Translations under genes and position numbers: made by a program
Source of the DNA: Christensenella sp. UBA4247
GTDB lineage: Bacteria; Bacillota; Clostridia; Christensenellales; CAG-1252
DNA: 56,097 bases
Assembly (NCBI GenBank): GCA_002395405.1
Contig: DGWX01000040.1
Location: forward strand, 1 to 56,097
Reading direction: 5' to 3'
Notes under the pieces: model-generated
Told to the model about the DNA's origin: nothing
Seen by the model: the letters and a program-made list of their open reading frames with translations, nothing else
Database searches by the model: none
Part shown: piece after piece, positions 36,879 to 47,124 of the stretch
How positions within the stretch are numbered: position 1 is the stretch's first letter
Layout of the letters: every line of letters begins with the position of its first letter

Positions 36879-37673
36879 ATGAAAAGAATTTCGGCGTTTT
36901 TTCTCGTTATACTTTTCGTTTGCCTTTGTTTTGCGTCCTGCGCGGATAAGAACAAGGATCCGAAGAAGGACGTTTTTACCGTTTCTTTCAGTACGTCCTA
37001 TTTATCTTCGTCGGCGCTTACGCCTTCTTCCGCGTCCGTTACGCGCGGCGAAACGGTTTCCGAACCGAACTTTTCTTACGAAGCGCAGGCGGGTTACGTC
37101 GTCCGTTGGGTCAGAGATATCGCGTCTCCCGCTCCGTACGACTTTTCTTCTCCCGTCGGCGAATCGTTTACCCTTTACGCGCTCGAATTGCCGCGCGCTT
37201 ATTCGATCACTTATCTTTTGCAAATGGGGAAAAATTCGCCCGCAAACCCCGCCTCGTATGACAAAAACAGCGAAATAACCTTTTTTGCTCCCACCGCTCC
37301 CTTCGGTTATAAGTTCTTAAAATGGTGTTATTATGACGATCCGAACAGTTCGGTAACGGGGATAAAGAAGGGCTCGGAAGGCGACCTCGTTCTTCGCGCG
37401 GTCTTTTCTCCCGTTTCTTACGAAGTCTTGTATTACGGGCTGGAAGGCGCGGAAAATCCGAATCCCGCAAAATACGTTTTCGGGGAGACTTTATCCCTTG
37501 AAAGTCCCTTGCGCGATGGATATCGATTCGAGGGATTTACCATTTTGGGCGACAAGGAAGGCGCGGTCGTATCCGCGCTGACTCCGTCCTTCGTCAGTGA
37601 AAACAAAGACGCTATTTTCAAAGCCAACGGAAGCTCGATCATTCTCTTTGCGAATTGGGAGGAAATAAAATGA
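36879..37673 (+). CDS. Lipoprotein with InlB B-repeat (Listeria-Bacteroides repeat) domains
   Basis: Lipobox FASC; three repeats of the P...GY.F..W....L.A type. Confidence 0.78.
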   Translation: MKRISAFFLVILFVCLCFASCADKNKDPKKDVFTVSFSTSYLSSSALTPSSASVTRGETVSEPNFSYEAQAGYVVRWVRDIASPAPYDFSSPVGESFTLYALELPRAYSITYLLQMGKNSPANPASYDKNSEITFFAPTAPFGYKFLKWCYYDDPNSSVTGIKKGSEGDLVLRAVFSPVSYEVLYYGLEGAENPNPAKYVFGETLSLESPLRDGYRFEGFTILGDKEGAVVSALTPSFVSENKDAIFKANGSSIILFANWEEIK

Positions 37674-38389
37674 AAGCAGTCGTAACGGGAGCGAGCGGCG
37701 GCATCGGATCCGCCGTTGCGCGCGCGTTTGCAAAAAGAGGCGACAGCGTCGCTCTTCTCTATCGAAACAATGAAAGCGCGGCTCTGTCTCTCGCCGAAGA
37801 ACTTGCTTCGTTCGGCGGAATGATCGTAACGAAGCGCGTGGACTTTTCGGACGCGGAAGGAACGGAAAACGCGCTTGCGGAGCTGGAAAAACAGTTTGGC
37901 GCGCCCGACGTTCTCGTAAACGCGGCGGGGATCTCGAAAGTTTCTCTCGCTTTGGACTTTACGGCGAGCGAATGGGACGAGATCTTTCAGGTCAACGCGC
38001 GCTCGGTTTTCCTTTGCTCCCGATGGGCGGCGAAAAATATGAAAGCGGGCGGCAGGATCGTAAACGTTTCTTCGATCTGGGGTTCGCGCGCCGCGCCCTG
38101 CGAAGCGGCTTACGCGGCTTCCAAAGCGGCGGTGGAAAGTTTTACCAAAAGTTTTGCCGCCGAAGTGGGCAGCCTCGGGATTACGGTAAACGCCGTGGCG
38201 GCGGGAATGATCGACACCAAAATGAACGACTGTTTTACCGCGGAAGAAAAATCCGATTTTATCGAATCTCTCGCGATTTCCCGTATCGGAACGCCGGAAG
38301 ACGTCGCTTCCGCCGTTCTTTTCCTCGCAAGCGAAGAGGCGAGCTATATCAGCGGCGCCGTTCTCGAAGTTTCGGGCGGGCTTCGATAG
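37670..38389 (+). CDS. SDR oxidoreductase, FabG/YmfI-like
   Basis: TGASGGIG, LVNAAG, VSSIWG....CE..YAASK, G.IDT.MN. Confidence 0.88.
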   Translation: MKAVVTGASGGIGSAVARAFAKRGDSVALLYRNNESAALSLAEELASFGGMIVTKRVDFSDAEGTENALAELEKQFGAPDVLVNAAGISKVSLALDFTASEWDEIFQVNARSVFLCSRWAAKNMKAGGRIVNVSSIWGSRAAPCEAAYAASKAAVESFTKSFAAEVGSLGITVNAVAAGMIDTKMNDCFTAEEKSDFIESLAISRIGTPEDVASAVLFLASEEASYISGAVLEVSGGLR

Positions 38390-38430
38390 TTTTATTCTTT
38401 TTCTCTCGACCTTTCTGTCAAAACCCCCTA

Positions 38431-38459
38431 TTGACATTCGTGCGCGCGTGTAGTAATAT
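38431..38459 (+). promoter_or_regulatory. Sigma-A promoter of giant lipoprotein gene (probably leaderless)
   Basis: TTGACA-17-TAATAT, 6 nt before the ATG; no SD. Confidence 0.65.
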
Positions 38460-38465
38460 TATTAT

Positions 38466-41400
38466 ATGCGCAAAAAAATAATCTCTTTGGTTTTAATATC
38501 CTTGCTTTTGTTCGCGGCTTTGACCGCGCTTGTTTCTTGTCGTAGGGTTCGTTCGAACGGAACTCCGATCGAGGGTCGGGTCGTTCCCGTGTCCGGCGCG
38601 ATGAACACGGTGTACGCCGCGATGCTCCGCTCGGACGGGTCGGTCGGCGTCAATTATTTTACGCTTCGTTTCGGCGGAACCGTTACGAAAGGCGAAACGC
38701 CGCTTGATTTTGCTTTCAAAGGCGCGTTCGATATTTCCGAGGTCAATCGCGAGAACGATACGAGAACGCAGCTTTCTTTGGAAGTGAAGCAGGGCGGGAT
38801 CGAAAAACTCGCTTTTTACGTTTCCGAAGGAAAAGCCTATTTGCATTTCCCGCCGTACGCTCTTTACGCGCGCATTTCCGACTTCAATTTCGCAAAGGTC
38901 GTGTACGAACTGTATTCGGAAAAAAAGAACGGAACGATCAAACGGGTGGCGGATATGCTTCCGGAGATCGCAAGCCGCATCTTTAACGGGTGCCGCTATT
39001 TTTCGGAAAACGGAATAGAGACCTATCGCTTCTTTTTGTCTTACGAACAGCTCTTCGATTCCTTTTCTTCTCTCGTTGCCCAAGCGGACGCAGGCGTTTC
39101 GCCCGCGGAGCTTTCCGATCTTTTCTCCTTTGACGCGGACGAGATCGCGCGCCTGACGGAGACGGAGCCTTATACCGCGATCGACTTCGTCCTTTCCGAA
39201 GGCGTCTTCTTATCTGCGAAAGCGCAAAAAGAGGGAAGCGGTTCGATCGAGCTGACCGATCTCTCGCTGAAAAGCGGAACGGACGCGCTCGAAATGCCCG
39301 CCTCTCTTTCCGCGTTTAACGATTTCAATCCGCTCAATTTCTCCCTTTCGGGAAAAGCGCAGATCAAAACCGCCGTTACAAACGGAGACAAAACGCTTCA
39401 TTACGGCGTAACGCTGAATGCCGATTACGACGCCATCTCTTATCCTTTCGATTACGAGATCAAAACCAATTACGTTTCGGGGCAGGGAGTGGACTTCTCC
39501 GTTAAACTGACCGATCCGAACGGGAAAAAGAGCGCGTTCGACCTTCGCGGAGAAACGCTTTACGCGGACCTTTCGGCTTACGGGATCGCGAAATTTAAGC
39601 TCAAAACCTCCGATCTCTCGGAAAAGCTCGCGCTTACCGGCTTCAAGGATACGGATGAATATACGTTCAAAGACAAGCTCCGCTTGCTTGCTCTTCTCGT
39701 TGCGGGAAGAAAGGCGAACGGAGATGTGATCCGATACGAGCTCGGAGCCGATTTCTTCTCCGTCTTTTCCGAAAAGATCGGTTTCCTCGGACTTTTCGGA
39801 GTGGACGGCGCTTCCTTCTCTTGGGATACGAGGAACAACCGTTTGCAAGACTTTTCGGCGTCCGTTTCTCTCGGCTCGATGACGTTTGCGCTTTCCGCGC
39901 CGACGTTTACCTTCGGTTCTCCCGTGACCTTACCTTCCGTTTCGCAAGAGAGCGAATACGCGGATCTTTCGGCGCGTACGTCCACGCGCGTTCGCTCGTC
40001 GGGAACGATGCTCGAACAAACGTCCTTTAAGTCGGACGGCGAATTCTTGTCCGCCCTTCTTTCCTCTCTCGGCGGGGAAGAGGTTTCTTTGTCCGCGGAG
40101 GGCGGGCTTTCTTATTCCTCCGATATTGCGTACGGCGCCTCGGGGGCGATCTCCCGCGCGTTCGTTCAGTTTTACGCTTCTTCCGGTTCGGAGGTCGTAA
40201 AGCTCTATTACACCGCCGAAACGAAGGAGAATTTCTATTTGATCTATCCCGAGAGCGCGGGCGTGCGCCCGGTGCGGACGCTGACGCTTGCGGAGGACCC
40301 GTTCGCGGCCTTTAACGAGGCAAGCGGCGTAACTCCGTCCGGAAACGCGGTCAGGCTGTATTTCCGCGCGCGCGAAAACGCGTTTACCGTTGAGGCGAAC
40401 GCGGGGCTGGCGCGCCTCGTTCGCGAAAAACTTTCGATCCTGTATCCCGATCTCTCTTTGGCGTGGATAAACGACGTTGCGTATCGTCGCTTGTCTCTCC
40501 GCATAACGGAGAACGCTTTGAACGCGACCGTTGTGTTTGATTCGGATAACGAGCTGTACGTTAACGCAAATTCCTTCTCCCTTTCTTTTAACGAAGAATT
40601 TTCCCTTGTCTCTCTCGATTCCGCCGTTCCGGAGCGAATTTATCTTCTCTCCGAAAACGATATGCCCGTTTATGCGGAAGCGACCTTTACGGATAACGTA
40701 AAATACCGTCTGTCGCTTTTGGCGTACGGCTCGGAAGAGCGCGTGTGGACGTATGCGGGCGTTCCGACGGGAATGGGGCTTAAAGGCGCTTCGACTTCCG
40801 TAACCGCTTCCGCGGCGCTTCTCGGAAAGAGCGTGGAGAAAAAGATCGCGGTGGACGTTTCTCCCGCAACGGACGTGGCGCTCTCGGGCGGCGCGGCGTA
40901 CGCTTCGAAGTATGACGTAACGGAGAAGAAATTTACTTTCGATTTGTATAACGACGTTTCGCCTTCTACCGTCCTATCCTCTTACGATCTTATGATGGTG
41001 GACGTGGACGGAACGATGTACGTAAAAGACGTAACGTGGGATATGACCGGCGTCAGCACCGCTTCTTCCGATCGGAACTTTACCGTCAGACCGCGCGTTA
41101 AGACCTATTTCGGAAACGAGATATTCCTCGGCGGCGTCGCGAACTTTACTTTGTCCATAACGGGCGGAAAGGCGAAGAGCACCGATTACTCGCTGACTTT
41201 CGTGGCGTATGACGGAAAAGATCCCTTAAACGCTTCCGTTTATTCCGACGTTTTGAACGTAACGACGGAAGACGGGCGCTCCGTAACCGTTGAAACCGTC
41301 GGCTGGGATCTGACCAATTCGAACGTGGAGGCGAGAAGGCAGGCGGGAACTCTATACGAATATAAAACCGATCCCGCGCAGCCCGATAAAGTCAAAGCGA

Positions 41401-44400
41401 AGGTATTCGATTTGATGGGCGGCTACGTCGTTCTCGAGATCCCGATCTATTTCGAGCCGAAAGTCGTTCACGAAACCTCTTTCGACGTATCTTCTTTGGA
41501 CGGCGTTTCATATGACGCCGCCGAAAGGACGTTTAAGTTCGACGTGTTAAAAGTCAGAACCTTCTCTTCCGCTTCTTCCGAGCGCATTTTGCCTACTTCG
41601 CTTATCGCAAACGAGGGCGAGGCGGACGAATTTGTCGTAAACGGGATCAAATGGGAATTCGAGTCGCTCGAAGGCGTCGTAAACGCGTCGGGCGCGCAAG
41701 GGGAGTTGACCTTGCTCGTGGGCGATTCAATCAGCGGCTATCAAACCAAACGGTTTGCCTATCTCTTCGACGCGATCGAGATCACCGAAGTTTCCCTTTT
41801 GGATGAAAACGAAAGCGAGATCCAAAGCAAAACCGAAGATATGTTCTCTTACGAATTTACTTCTCTCAGCGCGTATAATTATCGCTATCCGTCCAAGATC
41901 AAAGTTACCTTTGCGGCAAACGGCGGAACGGAAAGCGAGATCCTTCCGGCGAAATGGGCGTTTGACAAAGCCTTCGAGGAAGACGCGCTCTGCGCGGGCG
42001 GCGTGTACGTCGGAACGACTTACGTGGGCAGCGAAACAGTTCGCCTTACGATGGCGTTCGATCAAATGCGCATCACCGGTTACGGCTTTACGCCCGATCA
42101 ACTTTCGATCGGCGGCGGCAATCTGACCATCGAAGGGCATCAGGGCAAAGACTGCCTGACTTATTCCGTTCTTTGCGCGCTCGATCCTACTCTCGGTTTC
42201 GATTACACTTCGAAAGAAAGTTATCCGTCCGAGATCCTCGTTCGTTTTAACGGCGGGGCGGAAAGCGTTGCCGTTTCGGTGGATTGGGATCTTTCTTCTT
42301 TCCGCGCGAAAGAAGATATTATCGGAAACGGCTTTTTCGGAACGGTAAACGCGATCGCGAAAGGGCAAAAAGTGGAGGTGTACGTGTACGTTGCGCCGGC
42401 GGTCGGCGATTACGATTCGGTTTATACGAAGGAAGATAAGAGCAGTCGCAAGGTCACTTTCAGGCTGATGACCCCGAAGGACGGCGGTTATACCGTAACC
42501 GATCCGCGCGACGTAAAGAATTTCCCGGATACCCTCTATATCGAGAGCGCGGGCGGATCCTTCTATCCCATCAGCGTTCTTTCTTGGGATCTCGGCGACG
42601 GTTTGAATAAACTCTACACGCAAGGGCTTTCCGCGGGCGCTTCCGCAAACGAGATCAGCGGCAACGTAAACGTTAAAGCGCGGATCGGCAGCGAGAAGGT
42701 CGGTTATAAAGATCTTTTCGTCGAAGTATCCGTGGTGTCCAGCCCGATCACGAATGTAACCCTCGGCGGCTTGCCTTTCGCGGCGAGTTCCGACCTGACG
42801 GGCGGCGCTTCGCCTTACGCGATCGAAGTGGATTACACGCCCGGCTCTCACGGCGCCGCCTTCTCTTACGAAATGTCTATCGAGATCAATCCGTATTACG
42901 TTCTCCCGTCCTCGCCCGCTTCCTATCCGAGATATTTAAGTTTCTATCTCGGCGGCGTTCCCGTTCGCGTGGACGCGGCGTGGGATTTGTCTCGCATTCC
43001 CGCCGACGCGGCGAAAACGGGCAACACCAAGACTTACGCGGGCGAAAGCGGCGTGTTCGGATTCCCGTCTTACGCGATGATCGATCTCGGCGATTCCTTC
43101 CCGAACGTTTCGCTCGGCGTTGAAGTAAACGTCAAAAAGCGCGATATTGATAAAGTATGGATCAACGGCAGCAGCCAGCCTTATATCGATATAGACGGCT
43201 ATGCGGCTGAACCTTTCGGGGCGGACGTGTCGGGAACCACCGTAACTTTGGACGTTCTCGTTGAGTTCAAAGGCGACAGCCATAAATATCCTTTGAAATT
43301 GAAATACGATAACGCGGGCGTGATCCTTTCTTACGACGGCAGCGGGCTGTACGGCGACGTTTCCGTGCGCGTCGGAAACGAGAACGGCGGCTATCAAACG
43401 ATCGAAGGCTACGGGCTGCGCGTGTTCTCGAATATCGTGTCCGCGATAACGCTGTCCGCCGCGGATCGGCTCGACGGAACGGACGGAAAGTTCTTCGAAA
43501 CCTCTTACGAGAGCGCGGAAAGCGAAAAACTTGTTTATTCGTATAAACACGTTATGGATATGGGAAAAGAACTTCCCTCGATTTTGTCCGTTGAATTCGG
43601 AATGGGCGCGGGCGTAAAGACCGTTTCTTTGTTCGGAACGGGCGCCGACGAAGGCGTCGTATATAAATGGGTGAGAGACGAAGAAGGGCATATCGGCGTT
43701 GAATTCTGGAACGCTTCCGTTTCCGACGCGATCGGCGGAATGCACCAGCGCGTGTTCAATCCCACGCAAAGCGATTATAACGTGCCGCGTTACGAGATGT
43801 TCTTCGGTTCGGACGAATGGACGGAAGTCTATCGCGATTCGACGGACGAGCAAGGCTATATTACGCCTTCTTCCGCGATTTCGTATTACGCGTCGCATAT
43901 CTCTTCGGATCGCATCGAAGAGTCGTATCAGGATCGTTACGTTACGCTCGACCTGGATGGCGCGCCTCGCATCGGTGCGGACGAGCGCCTCGGCGGCGGA
44001 ACGTACAGACTGTATATCTCGGTCACCGCGCACGCGCATTATAAAGGATCGGTATATAAGACCTTTACGATCACGCGGAAAGACGTTTCGTCTTACGTTA
44101 CGATGCTCGTGGACGGCGCGCGCCGCGCGAGCGGATCCTCTTCTGTGTATCGCGGTTCGGCTTACGAGATCCGCGCGAATGCGGGAAGTTACGGCGCGGA
44201 GGTTCCCTTCCTCGTAAACGGAGAGAGGGCGGAAGAAATTACGAACGTTCACTATAACGCGTCGAACGAAGTGATCCCGTACGTCTTTGCCGTCTCCGTG
44301 GATCCCGCGAACGCGGACTACTTCGCGGCGGCGGAAGTCACCTTTACGATCGAAGAACTTTTGATCGTAAATGCGTCGGACGTCGTTGCAAGCGTGACTT

Positions 44401-44627
44401 GGAACGCGAGCGCTTCGACCTTCAACGTGATCGTTATGTTTAAGGACACCGTGCTCTCGCCGGATACCGGCTTGACAAACGGATACAAAATAAGCTATTA
44501 TAAACAAAGCGATACGGAACACGCCGTTACCGAATTTACCGCGGGCGAGGTTTACTTCTATTCCGTGGAAGTAAAGATCCCCAATTACGGACCGGCGGAA
44601 AGACACAATTCCGTAGCTGCGATTTAA
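38466..44627 (+). CDS. Giant (2053 aa) predicted surface lipoprotein with repeated beta-rich domains
   Basis: Lipobox LVSC; recurring (Y/L)P..(I/L).V.F...V.WD motifs (Big_4-like); MBG-like C-terminal segment GTYRLYISV...YKG....FTI. Confidence 0.85.
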   Translation: MRKKIISLVLISLLLFAALTALVSCRRVRSNGTPIEGRVVPVSGAMNTVYAAMLRSDGSVGVNYFTLRFGGTVTKGETPLDFAFKGAFDISEVNRENDTRTQLSLEVKQGGIEKLAFYVSEGKAYLHFPPYALYARISDFNFAKVVYELYSEKKNGTIKRVADMLPEIASRIFNGCRYFSENGIETYRFFLSYEQLFDSFSSLVAQADAGVSPAELSDLFSFDADEIARLTETEPYTAIDFVLSEGVFLSAKAQKEGSGSIELTDLSLKSGTDALEMPASLSAFNDFNPLNFSLSGKAQIKTAVTNGDKTLHYGVTLNADYDAISYPFDYEIKTNYVSGQGVDFSVKLTDPNGKKSAFDLRGETLYADLSAYGIAKFKLKTSDLSEKLALTGFKDTDEYTFKDKLRLLALLVAGRKANGDVIRYELGADFFSVFSEKIGFLGLFGVDGASFSWDTRNNRLQDFSASVSLGSMTFALSAPTFTFGSPVTLPSVSQESEYADLSARTSTRVRSSGTMLEQTSFKSDGEFLSALLSSLGGEEVSLSAEGGLSYSSDIAYGASGAISRAFVQFYASSGSEVVKLYYTAETKENFYLIYPESAGVRPVRTLTLAEDPFAAFNEASGVTPSGNAVRLYFRARENAFTVEANAGLARLVREKLSILYPDLSLAWINDVAYRRLSLRITENALNATVVFDSDNELYVNANSFSLSFNEEFSLVSLDSAVPERIYLLSENDMPVYAEATFTDNVKYRLSLLAYGSEERVWTYAGVPTGMGLKGASTSVTASAALLGKSVEKKIAVDVSPATDVALSGGAAYASKYDVTEKKFTFDLYNDVSPSTVLSSYDLMMVDVDGTMYVKDVTWDMTGVSTASSDRNFTVRPRVKTYFGNEIFLGGVANFTLSITGGKAKSTDYSLTFVAYDGKDPLNASVYSDVLNVTTEDGRSVTVETVGWDLTNSNVEARRQAGTLYEYKTDPAQPDKVKAKVFDLMGGYVVLEIPIYFEPKVVHETSFDVSSLDGVSYDAAERTFKFDVLKVRTFSSASSERILPTSLIANEGEADEFVVNGIKWEFESLEGVVNASGAQGELTLLVGDSISGYQTKRFAYLFDAIEITEVSLLDENESEIQSKTEDMFSYEFTSLSAYNYRYPSKIKVTFAANGGTESEILPAKWAFDKAFEEDALCAGGVYVGTTYVGSETVRLTMAFDQMRITGYGFTPDQLSIGGGNLTIEGHQGKDCLTYSVLCALDPTLGFDYTSKESYPSEILVRFNGGAESVAVSVDWDLSSFRAKEDIIGNGFFGTVNAIAKGQKVEVYVYVAPAVGDYDSVYTKEDKSSRKVTFRLMTPKDGGYTVTDPRDVKNFPDTLYIESAGGSFYPISVLSWDLGDGLNKLYTQGLSAGASANEISGNVNVKARIGSEKVGYKDLFVEVSVVSSPITNVTLGGLPFAASSDLTGGASPYAIEVDYTPGSHGAAFSYEMSIEINPYYVLPSSPASYPRYLSFYLGGVPVRVDAAWDLSRIPADAAKTGNTKTYAGESGVFGFPSYAMIDLGDSFPNVSLGVEVNVKKRDIDKVWINGSSQPYIDIDGYAAEPFGADVSGTTVTLDVLVEFKGDSHKYPLKLKYDNAGVILSYDGSGLYGDVSVRVGNENGGYQTIEGYGLRVFSNIVSAITLSAADRLDGTDGKFFETSYESAESEKLVYSYKHVMDMGKELPSILSVEFGMGAGVKTVSLFGTGADEGVVYKWVRDEEGHIGVEFWNASVSDAIGGMHQRVFNPTQSDYNVPRYEMFFGSDEWTEVYRDSTDEQGYITPSSAISYYASHISSDRIEESYQDRYVTLDLDGAPRIGADERLGGGTYRLYISVTAHAHYKGSVYKTFTITRKDVSSYVTMLVDGARRASGSSSVYRGSAYEIRANAGSYGAEVPFLVNGERAEEITNVHYNASNEVIPYVFAVSVDPANADYFAAAEVTFTIEELLIVNASDVVASVTWNASASTFNVIVMFKDTVLSPDTGLTNGYKISYYKQSDTEHAVTEFTAGEVYFYSVEVKIPNYGPAERHNSVAAI

Positions 44628-44639
44628 GCAGGAGGCACT

Positions 44640-45968
44640 ATGAAAGAAGAAAACAAAGAATTGAACGAGCCGGAAAAGATCGTTTCTCCCGCGGAGAGCG
44701 AGGAAGAACTCGAAGAAATAAGCTCCGTCGAAAAGTCCGAAGAGAGCGCGAAGTTCGCGGAAGAGGTAAAAGGACATTACGACGAGCTGATGAAAGAGAA
44801 CGCGAAAGCGATGGAAAAAGCGAAAAAGAAGAAAAAGCTCAAAAAAGGGCAGATCGCGCTTATCATCGTCGCGTCGGTGATCCTTGCGATCGGCGTCGCG
44901 GTCGGACTGTTTTTCCTGATCGGAACATTGATGAATAAGGACGTAAAGATCTTGGAAGTCGATTTCGAGAATACCCGTCCTTCTTACGCCGTAACTTTCT
45001 CCGCCGGCGAGCAGGCAACGATCGACCTTGCTTTGCAGAATAACGCCTCGGAAGATCAAATCAAAGAGGCGATCGCCTTGATCTATGCGAAGGCGAACGA
45101 AAATAAAATTACGGCGGATCAGGCGATCACCGTTTCGCGCGGGCAAGGTTCCGCTGCGATCGGGATCAAGCTTCTCGGAAAGCAGATCACGCCGGACGGC
45201 AGCATGATCGTGCGCGCGTTCAAAGTGCAGGCGGGCGACGCGTTCTATTATCAAAAGGGCGCGAAGATTGTGGATTGCTCGGTGCCGGCGGCAACGGGTA
45301 TCGTGTCGGGTATTTTGAACCAGCAGGAAAGAACGTACGAATCGGGAACGGGCGTTTATAAAACCGTTCAGGTAAAAGGTTCGGACGCAAAGATCGGAAA
45401 AGAAGACGAGACGAGAGAACTTCCCTTCCTTACGATCGGCGCCCCGAAGAGCGTCAATACCTGCGATTCTCGCGAAGAGTTCCTTGAAAAGGGGTATTAT
45501 CTAAACGATCCGCGCGAGCTTTCGAACTTCCGTATCAATAAGGACACGATCGTTCTCGGCGAGCTTGAAGAGGGCGAGAAATACATCTCGTACGATTCCG
45601 TCAATAAGTATTACAAGATGAAATTCTCTCTCTTGATCAGCGGAGAAGGACACGACGATTGCGTGGAAATTGCCCGTCAGTATCTCAGAGATTCGAGCGG
45701 CAGCGAGAACCTCGAATACGCTAAGTACGACCTGATCTTCGAGGTTTGGGATAACGGTTACGCGAAATTTATGCACGACGACGAGATCTGGGCGGGCGAT
45801 ATGGAGCTCGCGGGCGCGAAGAGCACCACTTCTTCTACGACCTGGTATGAAAGCGTGTTCTATTATGATTTCGACGCTTCTCTCTTTACCGAGGCGGACG
45901 CGGCGAAGTACGAAGGCGCCGATTGGGCGAAAAAGATCATCGACGATTACTCTGCTTCGCTCAATTGA
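44640..45968 (+). CDS. Hypothetical bitopic membrane protein
   Basis: GGAGG SD, 12 nt after the giant gene; acidic N-terminus, poly-K, one TM, beta-rich extracellular domain. Confidence 0.82.
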   Translation: MKEENKELNEPEKIVSPAESEEELEEISSVEKSEESAKFAEEVKGHYDELMKENAKAMEKAKKKKKLKKGQIALIIVASVILAIGVAVGLFFLIGTLMNKDVKILEVDFENTRPSYAVTFSAGEQATIDLALQNNASEDQIKEAIALIYAKANENKITADQAITVSRGQGSAAIGIKLLGKQITPDGSMIVRAFKVQAGDAFYYQKGAKIVDCSVPAATGIVSGILNQQERTYESGTGVYKTVQVKGSDAKIGKEDETRELPFLTIGAPKSVNTCDSREEFLEKGYYLNDPRELSNFRINKDTIVLGELEEGEKYISYDSVNKYYKMKFSLLISGEGHDDCVEIARQYLRDSSGSENLEYAKYDLIFEVWDNGYAKFMHDDEIWAGDMELAGAKSTTSSTTWYESVFYYDFDASLFTEADAAKYEGADWAKKIIDDYSASLN

Positions 45969-45995
45969 TCGGCTGAAAGAAAAATCATAAAAGAG

Positions 45996-46030
45996 AAAGT
46001 TGCGTCCCTCGCTCGGACGCAACTTTTTTT
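45996..46030 (+). terminator. Intrinsic terminator
   Basis: AAAGTTGCGTCC-ctcgctc-GGACGCAACTTT followed by a T-tract. Confidence 0.85.
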
Positions 46031-46066
46031 CGTGCTATTTCGACCTTTTACGGAATAGCATATTGT

Positions 46067-46621
46067 ATGAACGTACTTTTTTTCATTATGATCTTTTCAA
46101 GCTTCGCTTGCCTTCTCGCGCGAGATCCCGAGCAAGCGATCGGCGCCGCGCTCCTCGGCGCGGAAAACGCGGTTACGCTTACGATCAAGATGCTCGCGGT
46201 GTACGCATTGTGGCTCGGCGTTCTCGGCGTTATGCGGCAAAACGGCGTTACGAAGGCGCTCTCTCGTCTCTTTCGCCCGCTTACGAAACGCCTTTTTAAG
46301 GGCGAGAAGGAAGAAACAAACGACTTGATCTCGCAAAATCTCGCGGCGAATTTTCTCGGTATCGGCGGTGCGGCAACGCCTCTCGGGATCCGAGCGACCG
46401 CGCTGATGCAGGGCGAAAAAACCGAAGCGACGAATAACTCGGTTTTATTTATCGTGTTAAACGCTTGCGGCGTTCAGCTTCTTCCCGCAACCGTCGTAGC
46501 GCTTCGCGCGAGCGCGGGGAGCGCGTCGCCTTCCGACATCATTCTTCCGACCCTGATCTCCACCGTCGTTACCGCTTCGATCGGCGTAACGCTTTGTTTT
46601 GTGTTTCGGAAAAAGAAATGA
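46067..46621 (+). CDS. spmA: Spore maturation protein A
   Basis: LWLG, N..AN.LG.G.AATPLG..A, QLLP.TV.ALR...GS..P. Confidence 0.92.
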   Translation: MNVLFFIMIFSSFACLLARDPEQAIGAALLGAENAVTLTIKMLAVYALWLGVLGVMRQNGVTKALSRLFRPLTKRLFKGEKEETNDLISQNLAANFLGIGGAATPLGIRATALMQGEKTEATNNSVLFIVLNACGVQLLPATVVALRASAGSASPSDIILPTLISTVVTASIGVTLCFVFRKKK

Positions 46622-47124
46622 GCGTATATGTTCTTCCCGCGTTTATTTGTTTGAATTTTCTTCTCGGCGCGATCCGCCGCGTTCCCGTGTTTGACGCGTT
46701 TATCGACGGCGCAAAGGGCGCGATCCGACTTGCCGTGGATATTTTTCCCTATCTTGCCGCCGTTTTGATCGCGGTATCCCTTTTTCAGGCGAGCGGTCTT
46801 TCTTCCGCTCTTGCGAAAGCGGCGGCGCCTCTCTTTCGTGTTTTGGGGATCCCGTCCGAGCTGACGGAACTGATCGTCGTTCGCCCGATGAGCGGATCGG
46901 GTTCCCTCGCGCTCTTATCCGATCTATACGCGCGTTACGGCGCGGATAGCTATCCCGCTCGGGCGGCAAGCGTGATCGTAGGGAGCAGCGAAACGGTTTT
47001 TTACGTCGCCGCGCTGTATGCGAGCGGCAGCAAGATCAAAAAGTATAAAGGCGCGCTCGGCATTTCTCTTGCGGCAACGTTCGCGGGAACCGTTCTCTCT
47101 TGTCTTTTGTGCCGCGCGTTTTAG
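46618..47124 (+). CDS. spmB: Spore maturation protein B
   Basis: FD.FIDGAK, RPMSGSGS, YGADSY, GSSETVFYV; ATGA coupling. Confidence 0.92.
   Translation: MSVYVLPAFICLNFLLGAIRRVPVFDAFIDGAKGAIRLAVDIFPYLAAVLIAVSLFQASGLSSALAKAAAPLFRVLGIPSELTELIVVRPMSGSGSLALLSDLYARYGADSYPARAASVIVGSSETVFYVAALYASGSKIKKYKGALGISLAATFAGTVLSCLLCRAF

Noticed and set aside
42936-45254. 772-aa antisense ORF, and similar ones opposite serS, galE, pgm and uxaA
   Set aside because: Fully overlaps well-supported sense genes; R/F/V-rich composition typical of shadow ORFs
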